Shown: positions 1 to 12,955 of the stretch, piece by piece | How the letters are laid out: each line of letters starts with the position of its first letter | How positions within the stretch are numbered: position 1 is the stretch's first letter | Source: Octopus vulgaris | Taxonomy: Eukaryota | Assembly (NCBI GenBank): GCA_951406725.2 | Contig: OX597823.1 | Location: forward strand, 60,078,001 to 60,142,000 | Direction of reading: 5' to 3' | Length of the DNA stretch: 64,000 nt | Notes under the pieces: model-generated | The model's database searches: none | Told to the model about the DNA's origin: nothing | What the model saw: only the letters and a program-made list of their open reading frames with translations | Position numbers and translations under genes: made by a program

Positions 1-628
1 CTGCTGATGGGAGTATCTCTTTAAGAATCAAAGCGAAAGGGGATAACTATGGACAACTGCTTTGAAGCCTCTAGCTTCTATATCCCAATTATATCGCATT
101 TATACAATAATAATTGGTGCACTTGGCTTTGTGAGTAAATGCAAAGGTGATAATGTGGATGAACAAAAGAAATCAACCACCTAGCTCATACATGAGAAAT
201 ATAATCCGTAAGTGGAAGAGTAAAAATATGCAAGACTTTTCTCAAGTTTAAAATGTGACATTGTTTTTGTTATCTACATTCCAAAAATGCAGCTTTGTAT
301 CTTTGTTAGAAACGAGCCCTTTCCACAGAGGAAGAATTTAAATAATTAAAAATGTAAGCCAGGGAATATGAGAAATTAATATATTTATTTAACTACTTGG
401 CAGCCATATGATTACAGCCATTTCACAGCCTTCTTCATGTCATAATAATTTCAGTGTGGAATAAGATTATGTTTACATATTTGCATTAACATGCATGTTA
501 TGCATTATACAATACAAAGGCATATTCACAAGTCAATGCTAATAAAGCTAGATCATCAGATCACCAGAACACTAATGATTCTGTGATAGACACAATTCCA
601 TGAATACGTGGCTTATAATACAAATTCC

Positions 629-641
629 ACACACCCACGCA

Positions 642-709
<68 letters not shown>

Positions 710-714
710 GATAT

Positions 715-809
<95 letters not shown>
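629..809. repeat. Compound microsatellite (CA)n-(TA)n-(GATA)n
   Basis: Directly visible; explains the YLSI/CVCV ORFs at 561-993. Confidence 0.97.
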
Positions 810-810
<1 letters not shown>

Positions 811-844
811 ATCATTTCTATTAGTAGAACTTGAAGTAGATAAA

Positions 845-1330
845 ACTATAAATAATCGTATGTAAATATTGGTTGGAAAAACCCTCTTGGATGGAAAAAG
901 TTGGACACTGTCAATAGGACTCAAACACACATCTTCTATAAACATGAAAGACGTTCTACCTTTAAATGAAAGCACTCTTTTCAATTTCTCCATCTGTTTT
1001 TAAAGCATTTCTTCTTAGCAGCAACAATTGTTTGTTGCTTACATCATAAGAACTTAGAAACTTTGAGAGACATAAAATAATTAATTTTTTAACAGTGAAA
1101 CTCAAAGTACATGGAGTTATAGATAATATAGTAAAGAATATTAGGTCAAATAATCCTTGCGTGGGAAAAGCCAAAGGCTGCCTGTGGGACTCAAGGCCCT
1201 TTCTTCTCTAAACATGATAGATGTTTGACAATTTTACCAAATCAGTCCTTCAAATTTCTCCATCCATTTTAGGAGCCTCCTTCTTATCGATAAGAATTAT
1301 ATGTTGTTTACAGTATATGAATTTAGGAGT
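845..1330. repeat. Diverged tandem duplication, period about 270 bp
   Basis: ggactcaaacacacatcttctataaacatgaaagacgtt...aatttctccatc (from ~917) matches ggactcaaggccctttcttctctaaacatgatagatgtt...aatttctccatc (from ~1187). Confidence 0.7.
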
Positions 1331-1586
1331 TATTTACACAAGTTTGTTTATAGCTTTATGTACTAAGAATTCCACCATCAAAAACAATTTATTTCATGTC
1401 CCTTAAAGTTTCCATGCTCCCCTTTTTTCACAGATAAGAATGTGTGCCTTTACACAGCTCTTATTCTCCTTTTGCATCCCATATGCATATCATTGTAGCC
1501 TTCTCTCTTGAATAAAACATCTGACTCCTCATTTATCCTGTCTTTCACTCATCTTTTTGGAAAGACATCGATACAAGAAAAGATAT

Positions 1587-1587
<1 letters not shown>

Positions 1588-1630
<43 letters not shown>

Positions 1631-2520
1631 ATGTGTATACATGCATATATATAAAATATTATACATATATATATGTGTATATATATACATACACACACAC
1701 ATATACATTTTTTTTATAAATTGTAATTCATGTAGTCTAGTATTATACATCTTGTAATGCACACCAATACATATATACTTATATACATATATATACATGT
1801 ATGTAGATAGATAGATAGATAGATAGATATAGATATATAGATGCAGATACAGAGATAGAGGTAGATAGATATTTACATGTAAGAATTTAGAAGGGCTTCC
1901 AGGTGTAGAAACTATGGCAAATTGAGTTTCACTTGAATTTGAAAATAAAACACAGACAAACAGATCGCTATGAAAAGTGTTCTAACCGATACACTGGAAA
2001 TACAGTAACAATACACCATCATACACATACACACACACACACACACATACACACAGACAAACAGATACACACACACACAAACACACACACATATATATTT
2101 AGACAGACAGACAGACAGACAGGCAGACAGATAGATAGATAGATGGATGGATGGATAGAAGGATGGATGGATGGATGGATGGATAGAAGGATGGATGGAT
2201 GGATGGATAGATGTATATGCCTGTATGTGTATATATTTTCATATACACATACACTGTACCCTTTTGTATAAAGGATACGAGTGTGTTGTTTGTGGTGGTT
2301 TTTTTAATGTTATTCATTGGAATACAGGGAAAGATATTGATATATACATGTATATATCTATATATATTTATACATATATGCATATATATACAAATATATA
2401 TATAAATATATGTATACATGCATAAATATATACAGTATATATAACATATATATACATATATATACATATATACACACACACTTATATAATATACATACAT
2501 ATATATAAATATATACATAC

Positions 2521-2569
<49 letters not shown>

Positions 2570-2578
2570 CATACATAA

Positions 2579-2610
<32 letters not shown>

Positions 2611-2643
2611 TTATGTGTATAATATATATATATATATATATAA
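1588..2643. repeat. Block of compound microsatellites (TA, CA, GATA, GACA, GGAT)
   Basis: Directly visible low-complexity tracts with short unique interruptions. Confidence 0.9.
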
Positions 2644-3020
2644 ATGAAGTGTCTTTTGTAATAAATTCCATCTGGTTCCTTTTTCTAATTCAGATTGTTT
2701 CCTATTAAGGAGCAGTGAGCCATAAAAGCATTAATCATACTATTACACACATACAGATTCTTTGGCATTGTCCTTCAATATCTCATTATTCACAATATAT
2801 AATCAACACACCTGTATTCATTTCCATCCTTAACTCTCACTCATTCATTCATACATTGTTTTGTTGGCCGTATCTTTTACCTTGAATAATGAGATGTTCA
2901 ATATTTCTATCAATTGTATGAAATAAAATTTAGGTGTGCTTTCCTCTTTACCTCTGTCAACTAAAGGTATATTATATAAGCATGTATGCGTGTGTCGTTT
3001 TGAATAGTAATTGATATGTT

Positions 3021-3060
<40 letters not shown>

Positions 3061-3064
<4 letters not shown>

Positions 3065-3101
3065 TAATCCAAACATGAAAACACGAAGAGAAAACACAAC
3101 A

Positions 3102-3104
<3 letters not shown>
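3061..3104 (-). mobile_element. 3' tail fragment of the hammerhead-bearing repeat at 24135-24330
   Basis: agttaatccaaacatgaaaacacgaagagaaaacacaacaatg is a diverged reverse complement of 24293-24331; embedded in (TA)n. Confidence 0.7.
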
Positions 3105-3150
<46 letters not shown>

Positions 3151-3153
<3 letters not shown>

Positions 3154-3262
3154 GGAGAGTTCATGAAAAAAACAAAAGACGAAGACAGGTGGTGTACAAA
3201 ACAAACTGATGTATTAGTATAATGCTCAGGAATTGAAAAAGTCTTTTATGTTTCGAGCCTAA
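3151..3262 (-). mobile_element. TA-inserted short repeat with partial hammerhead (GCTC-GAAA); same family as 49837-50030
   Basis: Colinear similarity to 49837-49946; reverse complement reads ggctcGAAAcataaaagac. Confidence 0.7.
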
Positions 3263-3545
3263 TGTGTGTGTGTATTTGCATACAGGAGACCAAGAGCGTG
3301 CATACACCACTATATATATATGTAAAAATCAAAATAAAAAATGGAACAAGGACATAACAGGCGACATAACAGAACATTCAGACAGTAGGTGATACAAAAA
3401 AGGACAGGAAAAAACAAGGATGGGTCATTTGGAGCTTTCAATCTTCAGTCTAGGAGCAGATCACCTATATAAGATAAGAGTAGAAATGGAGCAAAATGTA
3501 ACGATTACAAGTTGAATGATCATAGTTTACTTATGATCTAGAAAA

Positions 3546-3625
3546 TATTTACAGCTGTTTCAGTTTGTATTTTTTAGTTAGATTTTATGTTTATCTTGTT
3601 CCATGTAACAGACATCATCAGAATG
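3546..3625 (-). ncRNA. Type I hammerhead, inverted copy with partly decayed stem II
   Basis: Reverse complement reads catt CTGATGA tgtctgtta...tacaaact GAAA CAGCTG TA aata. Confidence 0.6.
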
Positions 3626-3883
3626 ATTTGAACTTTACCAGAGGAATATTGTCTGGAGATCGAAGATTGACAGGAGAAAAAAGAAAAAGGAAAAAAGGAA
3701 AAGGTTCGTTCATCTACTTGAAGTAACTGTACACACATGGGGCCATCTTTTAATGATGCAAAAATGTAAACCTAAAGATCTAATGAACGTTTTCTTTTTT
3801 CCTTTTTCTTTTCCTTCTCTTTTTCCTTTTTTCTCCTGTCAATCTTCAATCGCCTGTCAATATTCCTCTGGTAAGGTTCAAAT

Positions 3884-3962
3884 CATTCTGATGAAGTTTG
3901 TTATATGGAACGAGATAATGCAAGTTTACTTAAAAAATAACAAACTGAAACAGCTGTAAATG
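3884..3962 (+). ncRNA. Type I hammerhead ribozyme, canonical core
   Basis: Stem I catt/aatg; CTGATGA 3888-3894; perfect 9-bp stem II agtttgtta/taacaaact; GAAA 3947-3950; palindromic stem III ACAGCTGT; predicted cleavage after GUA at 3958. Confidence 0.8.
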
Positions 3963-4202
3963 TTATCTCAGCCATAATTAAACTAAGATCATTCAATGCT
4001 AATAATAATCAACTTTTAATTGTTACATGTTGCTCCCTTTCTTCTCTTATCCTATATGAATATATTAAACCACAGTTTACCCTTAAATTACCAACTACTG
4101 TTAACCTTACAGCAAGACCTATACATAGTTAGATGATGCACCAGTAGTGTCTAAGTCCCTTAGATGGTTGCATAACCTCTAACTCATAATTTTTCTATAG
4201 CA

Positions 4203-4243
<41 letters not shown>

Positions 4244-4640
4244 AATTAATAAATAAAACATATGCATATATACATACATATATGTACGTACCTACCTCTA
4301 CATGTATATATACATGCATATATGGGTACAGGACACCAAAAAAACGTTGAACACAATGAGAAATTAAAACATAAACACAAAACCAAGGAACTGGACATTT
4401 TGCTTAAACAACGAAAAAATAGAGTACAGGACAAATAACACAAGGAAAATTCCCCTTCTTCAGTCGCCATGGTTTCATCTATTCATTTAAATATATATAT
4501 TGTATATATATATTACACATACACATATATATATTCATATTTATATATATACATACATACATACATACATACATACATACATACATACATACATACATAC
4601 ATACATACATACATACATACATACATACATACATACCTAA

Positions 4641-4944
4641 CAGGCACTCTGTTGGTTACAGTGATGCAGGTTCCAGTTGATCCAATCAACAGACCAGCCT
4701 ACTTCTGAAATTAATGTGTAGGTGGCTGAGCACACCACAGACACATGTTCCCTTAACATAGTCCTCAAAGCGATTCAACATGAAACAGAATGTGACAAGG
4801 CTGAAATTCATTTTTGCTAGCAGAGTGGATTGGAGCAACATGAAATAAAATGTCTTGCTCAAGGACACAGCATGTTGCTGGGAATTTAAATCACTGCCTT
4901 ACAGTCATGAGCCAAACACCCCCAACCACTAAGCCATGCACCTT
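4641..4944 (-). mobile_element. tRNA-headed SINE, family C
   Basis: Reverse complement begins ggtgcatggcttagtggtt (A-box-like); body shared with 5222-5482 and 37125-37443. Confidence 0.8.
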
Positions 4945-5152
4945 CGCATACATGTGTATGTGTGGTTGTGTGTGTTTGTGGTATTGTATGTGTGTGTGTG
5001 TGTGTCTTTGTATCTTTGTTATTCCCCACCACCACATGACAACCAGTGTCAATGCATTTATGTCCCCATAACTTAGCAGTTCAGCAAAGACAGAACAATA
5101 GAATAAGTTCCAGGCTTCAGAAAAAAAGCCTATCATGTTTACATGTGCATGT

Positions 5153-5184
<32 letters not shown>

Positions 5185-5221
5185 TCACCCACACACACAT
5201 TTATATTTATCTTCGATTATC

Positions 5222-5482
5222 AGGGGCACATCATGTCCTTGAGCAAGACACTTTATTTCGTGTAACTCCAATTCACTCAGCTGGTGAAAATGAGTAGTAC
5301 CTGTATTTCAAAAGGCCAGCTTTGTCACATTGTGTGTCACACTGAATCTCCCTGAGAACTACATTAAGGGTACACATGTCTGTGAAGTATTCAGCCACTT
5401 GGATGTTAATTTCAAGAGCAGCCTGTTCCTTTGATTGGATCAACTGGAACCCTTGTTTGTCATCACAACTGATGGAGTGCCA
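5222..5482 (+). mobile_element. SINE family C, 5'-truncated
   Basis: ccttgagcaagacactttatttc...ggatcaactggaaccct...gatggagtgcca matches the other family C copies. Confidence 0.8.
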
Positions 5483-5550
5483 GTTACGTTTCAAGATATA
5501 TTCATGTATATATTTATATATATGTATATAAATGTATAAATATATTTGTG

Positions 5551-5591
<41 letters not shown>

Positions 5592-5592
5592 A

Positions 5593-5658
<66 letters not shown>

Positions 5659-5678
5659 TGTATGTATGTATGTATGTA

Positions 5679-5723
<45 letters not shown>

Positions 5724-6419
5724 GTATGTATGTATGTATATGTAGGTATGTATGTATGTATGTCTTAAAGACAGAAATTTTCAATTCTGAATGAGGGTAA
5801 ACTGAAAAGTTTTTCAGTAGAATGACCTTTGTCATCAGTGATGTGTAGAATACGACAGAATAGTCATGTGTGATAGATACCTTGAAGCTTTTGTTGAGCA
5901 CCAATGCAAAACAAATTTTCAGGTGATGATCACGACGTTTTCATGAACTTAATGCTCTAGGGTGCTAATACCACGAAATCAGGACACTGATTGAATTTGT
6001 AACAGTCTCAGATCAACCATGCAATGGTAAAAGTCCTTCAACGCATCATTGCTCATTCTGAATTTCTTTAACATTCTGAGAAACATGAGACATAGTCCGT
6101 GTTTTTCTTTCTTTTACTTCTTCCTTTTTTTTTTTTTGTCGCAAGAGTGTAGGAATAATCAGATCAAGAAAGGTTATCTGATATACACACTGGAATATGA
6201 AGGCAATCACTTACATACCATGCTATTGTTGTTGTTGTTGTCGTTGTTGCTCATTTCATTCAAAGTCAGTTCTTGCTGTGCAGACCAAGCTGCTGTGACT
6301 ATACAGTTTTTTTTTTTTTTTTTAGTATTTCTAGAACAATGTAGACTCTTATGAGATTGGTAAGGTGAAAGAGAGCATGAAAACACAAGTCATTGTTTAC
6401 ACAGCCATTGTTTACACAT

Positions 6420-6566
6420 AGGAGCTGTGTGGCTGTGTGGTAAGAAACTTGCTTCCCAACCACATGTGGTTCCAGGTTCAGTCCTGTTGCATGGCACCTT
6501 GGGCAAATATCTTCTATTATTTCCCCTGGCTGAAGGCTGACCAAAACCTTGTGAGTGGATTTGGTC
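6420..6566 (+). mobile_element. SINE family A, 5' part
   Basis: gtggctgtgtggtaag...ggttcagtcc...accttgggcaa matches 57755-57900. Confidence 0.8.
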
Positions 6567-6966
6567 TGGCCATGGGGTGATATTACTTACCTTGTAAACA
6601 GCTGAGAGTTTTGACAGGAAGGGCATCTTGCTGTCATGCCTCACTGGATTCCATCTGACCCATGTGATTAGGAAGCAAACCACTCAGCCTTTATATATGT
6701 ATGCATAAATATATACACACATATAGAAGAGATAAGAGAAGTAATGTGATGGAGTAGAAGTTTATTCTGTATGTTTACAACTATTTTATAATCTTGTTAG
6801 TTATATATGATAGATGTTACATGAATATCAACACACACATAAAATATACATATACAAACATATAAATAAACATGTATGCATATGTATACCGATAGATAGA
6901 AAAGTATGGATATGGAATCCAACAGACTCATCTTCAGAACAATACATGGTAGTTGAAACCATACAT

Positions 6967-7044
<78 letters not shown>

Positions 7045-7084
7045 CATGTACATATAAACATATACATATATATAAACATGTACA

Positions 7085-7129
7085 TATAAACATATACATA
7101 TATATATGGGTGTGTATGTATCTCTCTCT

Positions 7130-7169
<40 letters not shown>

Positions 7170-7214
7170 AGAGAGAGATACATACACACCCATATATATA
7201 TGTATATGTTTATA
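7085..7214. repeat. Near-perfect palindrome centred on (TA)n
   Basis: gggtgtgtatgtatctctctctttctg-(TA)n-cagaaagagagagatacatacacaccc. Confidence 0.9.
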
Positions 7215-8307
7215 TACATATATATATACACACACGTATATATTTGTGCGTGTGTGTGTGCTCTCTATCATGACCAATTTTCAGATACCTTTAGCAAATG
7301 AAACTTCCTTAAAAATTAATGATGTTTTGGAGTTTTGGGAGTTCAAGTAAGAGGGGGAAAGAAACTGAAAGCTATGAAACCAATATATTTTGAAAAAATT
7401 AAGTTCAATATATAATTCGAAATAAAATATCAAACTGAATAAATAGATCAGAAGTTTATAAAAGGAAGATTAAGTAGATAAGGGTGGAGCTTAAATAATG
7501 ATACAAAATATAGGCGATAGCTTAACATATTACAATTCTGGTGGGCATATAATTTGATATTTCTAGCTGAAAATAAATATCTGTTATTTAGTGTGGAAAG
7601 TATTTCAGCTTGAACAAATCTAATTCTTAATCTATTTAATTCACCAATATCATTTAAATTTAGTGGTTAATAACATGGTTGAATCCAAAACAGCTTTGAT
7701 CTTGGTTCAAAGCCTTAATTTAAAATTTTTTTTTCATTTTAATATCTTTTAATATAAATAAATAGTTGATGTATTTCAACTACTCAGACTTCAAATATTT
7801 TGTATAATAATGTTAAAAGATGTGTCATATCTATTAATTGTAGATATAATGCCTTATTCTAAATGTTACTTGTTTATATTTTTATCAACCCTTGAAAGAA
7901 TTTAAGTTAAAATGATGATGTCCCATCTCTAGCAATCAGCTGTTTGTTCTTTCCTGAAAGTAGCTTGTGTAAAGAGAATTCATAGACGCCATTACTATAA
8001 AGTGGATATTCCATTTAACCTTTCAACTTTCTTTCTATAAATGTGTTTGCGTGTACGTGCGTGTGTGAGTGTGTGTGGTCTTTGAGTTTGTGTTTATTTT
8101 TCCTACTTTCTTGTTTATGTAAACACCACATGACAACCAGTAAAGATTTTTTTTTTTAATTTTCACATTCTTGTAACTTAGCAGTTCGGCATATAAAGAA
8201 ATTGATAGAACAAGCACTAGACTTAAACATATACTCTGAGGTCTATCTGATTGATTAACTAAGACTCCAATACAATAAAACATATTTCACCATGAATTTC
8301 TTTCCCT

Positions 8308-8522
8308 AAGGTGGTAAGCTGGTAGAATCATTAGTACGCCAGGGCAAAATGCTTGGCAGCATTTGTCCAATTTTTATGTTCTGAATTCAAATTCTGCCAA
8401 AGCTGACTTTACTCTTTGTCCTTTCAGTGTCGTTGAAATATGTACCACCTGAGCATTTGGGGGCCAATGTAATTAACTTCCTTCCTTCTCTGCAACCCTG
8501 GCCTTGTACCAAAATTTTAAAC
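8308..8522 (+). mobile_element. tRNA-headed SINE, family B
   Basis: aaggtggtaagctggtagaatc...ttctgaattcaaattctgcc matches 19430-19646 and 19808-20015. Confidence 0.75.
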
Positions 8523-8915
8523 CATGAATTTTTTTCTCTCACAGAAGAAGAGTATTGAAAGCTTAATATAAGAACTACTTAATGGCAAATATATTTTACA
8601 AGTTAGAAAGAGCAAATACCAGAGAATGCAGCAAATTCCAGAAAGAAAGTAATGGTGCCAAGAGAGTGACATATTTACATTTTTGAAAACGTTCAGAACA
8701 AGATGAGAAGAAAATTTTGGAAGCAGAAAAAATTTGACAGTGGGAACAAGACAGAAAAGTTTCCTATGTGTAGCATAGTAATTGAAAAGGAGTTGGTAAA
8801 TAACATTTTATTTGTTTATCTATTTATTTATTTTTCAGGGAGAAATAGGTTAAATGGACTAATATAAATGATGACTAATCCTTATAAATTCTCTGAGGTA
8901 GGGTATCATGTAGAG

Positions 8916-9632
8916 CAGTGCTTCTCAAACTATCTACTATGGCATACCAGCAGTTTTTTTTTTTTCCAATGTGCCAGGTACTGGTAATATTTCTTAGTAA
9001 CATTAATTTATACCGGAAACAATATATTTAATGAATATGATAAAAGTTGACAGTTTTCTTTGTCTTTTACTCTTTTACTTGTTTCAGTCATTTGACTGTG
9101 GCCATGCTGGAGCACCGCCTTTAGTCAAGCAAATCGACCCCAGGACTTATTCTTTGTAAGCCTAGTACTTACTCTATTGGTCTCTTTTGCCGAACCGCTA
9201 ACTTACAGGGACGTAAACACACCAGCATCGGTTGTCAAGCAATGTTAGGGGGGACAAACACAGACACACAAACATATACACACACACACATATATATATA
9301 TATATACAAATATATGACGGACTTCTTCCAGTTTCCGTCTTCCAAATCCACTCACAAGGCTTTGGTCAGCCCAAAGCTATAGTAGAAGACACTTGCTCAA
9401 GGTGCCACATAGTGGGACTGAACCTGAAACCATGTGGTTGGTAAGCAAGCTACTTACCACACAGCCACTCCTGCATCTTATATTCATTTTGTAAACAAAT
9501 AATGCAATATTTCATAAGAATTTTATGAGCATTTTATAATGTTTCTTTCTTTTCTGGAAACTCACTGCATACTGGAAGCTGATGGCTCACAGACCAGCAC
9601 TGGTCCATGGACCACAACTTTGACCAGCACTG
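8916..9632. mobile_element. hAT-type MITE interrupted by a SINE
   Basis: Terminal inverted repeats cagtgct/agcactg; 8-bp target duplication atgtagag (8908-8915) / atgtagaa (9633-9640). Confidence 0.8.
9063..9474 (-). mobile_element. SINE family A, full length, nested in the hAT MITE
   Basis: Reverse complement of the 62800-63181 copy, including the (GTAAAAGA)n tail. Confidence 0.9.
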
Positions 9633-10625
9633 ATGTAGAAAAGCGAACACCTAGAGACTTCACACTAGATTTTAAAATAACACACTATAGTGTGGGGGAG
9701 TTTGCTTTTGTACAATTAATCTAAAAGAACTCTGAGGAAAGTCATAATAGAGCTAAAAGAAAGCAATATCTATCATTCTAAATTTCCCAAACTTAGAACC
9801 AAATCTCATATCTAGAGCAATTTCCAATAAAGAAAACAATTTACAGAACTGGACAGGTTTCTTCTCAATCTAAGTGGAAAAATCTTTTTTTGTAAGCATT
9901 GTACCTTTTGTTTCCTTTATGTGAATGGATGTCTCTTTCTTTATTTTATTTTTTGCTTGGTTATTTTTTTTTGCTTGTTTTTAACCTGCAGGTCAGTCTT
10001 GACCAAGTTGGCCTTTAATAAAAGCATACAGTGATGATTGTGTTCTTTTGTTATATTAGAGAAAAGATTCTTATATATGGTTTGGGGGAATTTGGTGGCT
10101 ATTTTAAGCAGGTCAAGTAAAAATATCAATGATAGTCTCATTGATGTATGTAAACGATTTCTTTCTTTTATTTTTTTAATTGTTTCAGTCATTGGATTGT
10201 GGCCATTCTGGGACACCACCTTAAAGAGTTTTAGTTGAAGAAATTGATCCCATTCCATTTTTTTCCCTTGTTTTTAAGCCTGGTACTTATTTGACTGGTT
10301 TCTTTTATAGAACTGCTAAGTTATGGTGATAATATTTTATCAAGATTATAGTTTGTGAAAGAGGACTAACAATACTGAAACATGCTTGAAGTTGCCACTG
10401 TTCTTATCAAATATCAGAATCAACGCTCCATGCATCTCCTTTTCAATTTTTAATCAATATGGATTTCAGAGTTGTCATCCATCTCTTTCTTTAATTTTAG
10501 CATCATGATGTGTCATTTTAAATGATTAAAATACATATTAGCATTTCACTATTTTAATCTCCATTTTGTTTTCCAAAAGACCAAATCTATAAAACATATT
10601 GTATTTTCTGCTTTTTATTTTCTAT

Positions 10626-10672
<47 letters not shown>

Positions 10673-10995
10673 TTCATTCTATTTATTTGAGCTTCTGGAA
10701 TCAAAATAAAAGTACCAGTAATTATATTCTGATAAATAAAAGGAACTGACAGCAAAAGCCATGACTACACTTTAGTTCTAGATAGAAATCAATGAAAACA
10801 CTACCTTCACATCACATCCAGCTGCGCACAACTATTTAACTTCACTGTTATCTCTCTCTTTCCCAATATATGTACCAACCTGTTGAATTATCTTTCTGTT
10901 CATCTGTTTACCCAACACTTTTGTTTGTCACTTAACACACACGCTCATTTCTTTCCTCTTTCTCTACCTGCTGTTTTCTTCGTCTTCCCCTTCTA

Positions 10996-11009
10996 GTCTT
11001 TCTTGACAT

Positions 11010-11086
<77 letters not shown>

Positions 11087-11096
11087 TGTATGTATG

Positions 11097-11127
<31 letters not shown>

Positions 11128-11335
11128 ATTTATGTGTATATATGTATATATATATATATATGTATGTATTTATGTATATATATATATATATTCATTCATA
11201 TATGCATTTATATGTATGCACATATATGTATGTAGATATGTACACACACTCACATTTACACAAACTCATACATATGCACAAACACATATACATATGCATA
11301 TATATACCCACACACACACACATGCACACACATAT
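10996..11335. repeat. (TA)n/(TATG)n/(CA)n compound microsatellite
   Basis: Directly visible. Confidence 0.9.
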
Positions 11336-12757
11336 TAACTCTTATTTTCTCTATATTAATATTTAATTTTCATCCATTCATTTAAGTTTCTTAGGTTTAC
11401 CTTGTGTGTTGCACTACAACAGAAGATAACACTTATTCTAAAATCAATGCATAACACAAAGTGAATAGACTTATGTTTACATTATTTACAGAGTTATTTG
11501 CAGGAAACATATATAGATGTTGAGAAGAACCAAACATAAAAAAAAAATGAAGAAGATAAATGTAAGCTTTTCTTCAGTAGATTATAAATTTAAACTGTGC
11601 AATACGTGTTTATTGAAAGTTGCCAAATGCTTACTGACAAACTGTAATTGAAAAACTGGTCAGAATATAATACTCTATTCATTTAGATTGATCATGGTTC
11701 TCTCTTGAAAATCTCATCTGCAAACAAGATACTACATCTTTTCCGATTACTGCTGAGCACCCTCCTGGCTTCTTGCTCCTGAATTTACAAGCATTGGCAT
11801 TTTCACGGCCTATATATACATTAGAACTTTTTGTTGATATCTACCAACATAAAAACTACAGTTGGTCTTCCTCACCTCAAAATACTTCCTGATATCTGAA
11901 TTTCCTTTGCTGCAGATCTGACATTTCAATATCTTTCTGTCGTACTGAGATGTTTGACAAACAAAACTATGGAGAGCCATAGCTTTGTAAAAGTAGATTC
12001 ACTTCCAAACATTCTCGCTCAAAGACTTCTTCTCTACAACCTTAATGCTGTTTGTTAGAATCAAAATAACATTCTTCTTGAAAGCAGATAGGAAAGAAAA
12101 TTCTAAAGAATACTTGGGCATTCATAATCACTTAACACAAACAGCTATCAACTGAAAGAGAAATGGATTTTGTTTGTCCATCTCTGAGGTTTTCTTTCTT
12201 CTTTTACATTTCTATTTGGCATAGATTTATTTATTTATTTATTTCATTTATTTATTTTGCATGAATGAAAATTTTTTTTTATCTGTTTTTGAGGAACCAA
12301 TTGAATGTTTTTACTCTCTTGTTGACATAACATTCTGTAAATTCCAATAAATGTTGTTACCAAACTCCTTTACTGATTCTTTCACCACAAACTTAATATC
12401 TTAGTTTTTCTGAATCTGAAAACTATATAATTCTTTTTATTCTTGTCTGTGGCACTGCAACTGAAGAGAGAGGCCTGCAAACATTAAATGTATTGGTTAA
12501 GAATTGATAGAAGATTGTTACATCCTGCATTATATTTACAAATGGAAAAATACATGCAATAATATTGTGTAGGGAACTGTCTAGCATAACTATAGACATA
12601 CTTAGCAAAAAAAAAAGAAAACTTTGGTTTCATGAATGTTATTATTAATACCATAAATGATGCGAAAGTTACCTAAGCATGAGAAATGTGTGTTATAGTT
12701 TCAAATTATTCTAAGGCTGTGTTTTTCAAGCATTTTCCCAATGTACCATTCAGTAAG

Positions 12758-12955
12758 TCATCATCAACATTATCATCATCATCATCATCATCTAGCTACT
12801 ATTTTCCCTGCTGGTATGGGTTGGATGGTTTGACAAGAACTGGCAGGCTGGAGAGCTGCACCAGGTTCCAACTGTCTGTTGTAGTATGGTTTCTTCAACT
12901 GGATGCTTTTCCTAATGCCAACCACTTTACAGAGTGTACTGGGTGCTTTTCTATG
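12758..12955 (-). mobile_element. (GAT)n-tailed retroposon 3' end (RTE-associated)
   Basis: Reverse complement resembles 24870-25032 (gtggttggc.ttaggaa...catccag...aacccat.c.agc). Confidence 0.7.

Larger units (their letters stand above)
3465..4207 (+). mobile_element. Penelope-like terminal remnant: inverted arms 3465-3714 and ~3783-4057 plus a 3' extension, ending at (TA)n
   Basis: Arms are diverged reverse complements (e.g. accagaggaatattg / caatattcctctggt); each arm contains a hammerhead core. Confidence 0.7.

Noticed and set aside
1-135. Possible exon end (ADGSISLRIKAKGDNYGQLL*; donor-like gtgagt at 131)
   Set aside because: Too short, cut by the window edge, and no recognisable homology.
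3325-3460. Minus-strand CTGAAGA in a TA-flanked repeat-like block
   Set aside because: No intact GAAA or convincing stems; at most a decayed hammerhead.
4324-4480. Minus-strand GAAAC...CTGAAGA in a TA-flanked block
   Set aside because: A consistent three-stem hammerhead could not be built by eye.
5790-6110. Mariner-TIR-like start gagggtaaactgaaaagtt
   Set aside because: No matching second TIR or transposase motif found.
8839-8897. Exon-like segment between tttttcag and gtaggg
   Set aside because: Contains stop codons in all three frames; such splice-like motifs are common by chance.
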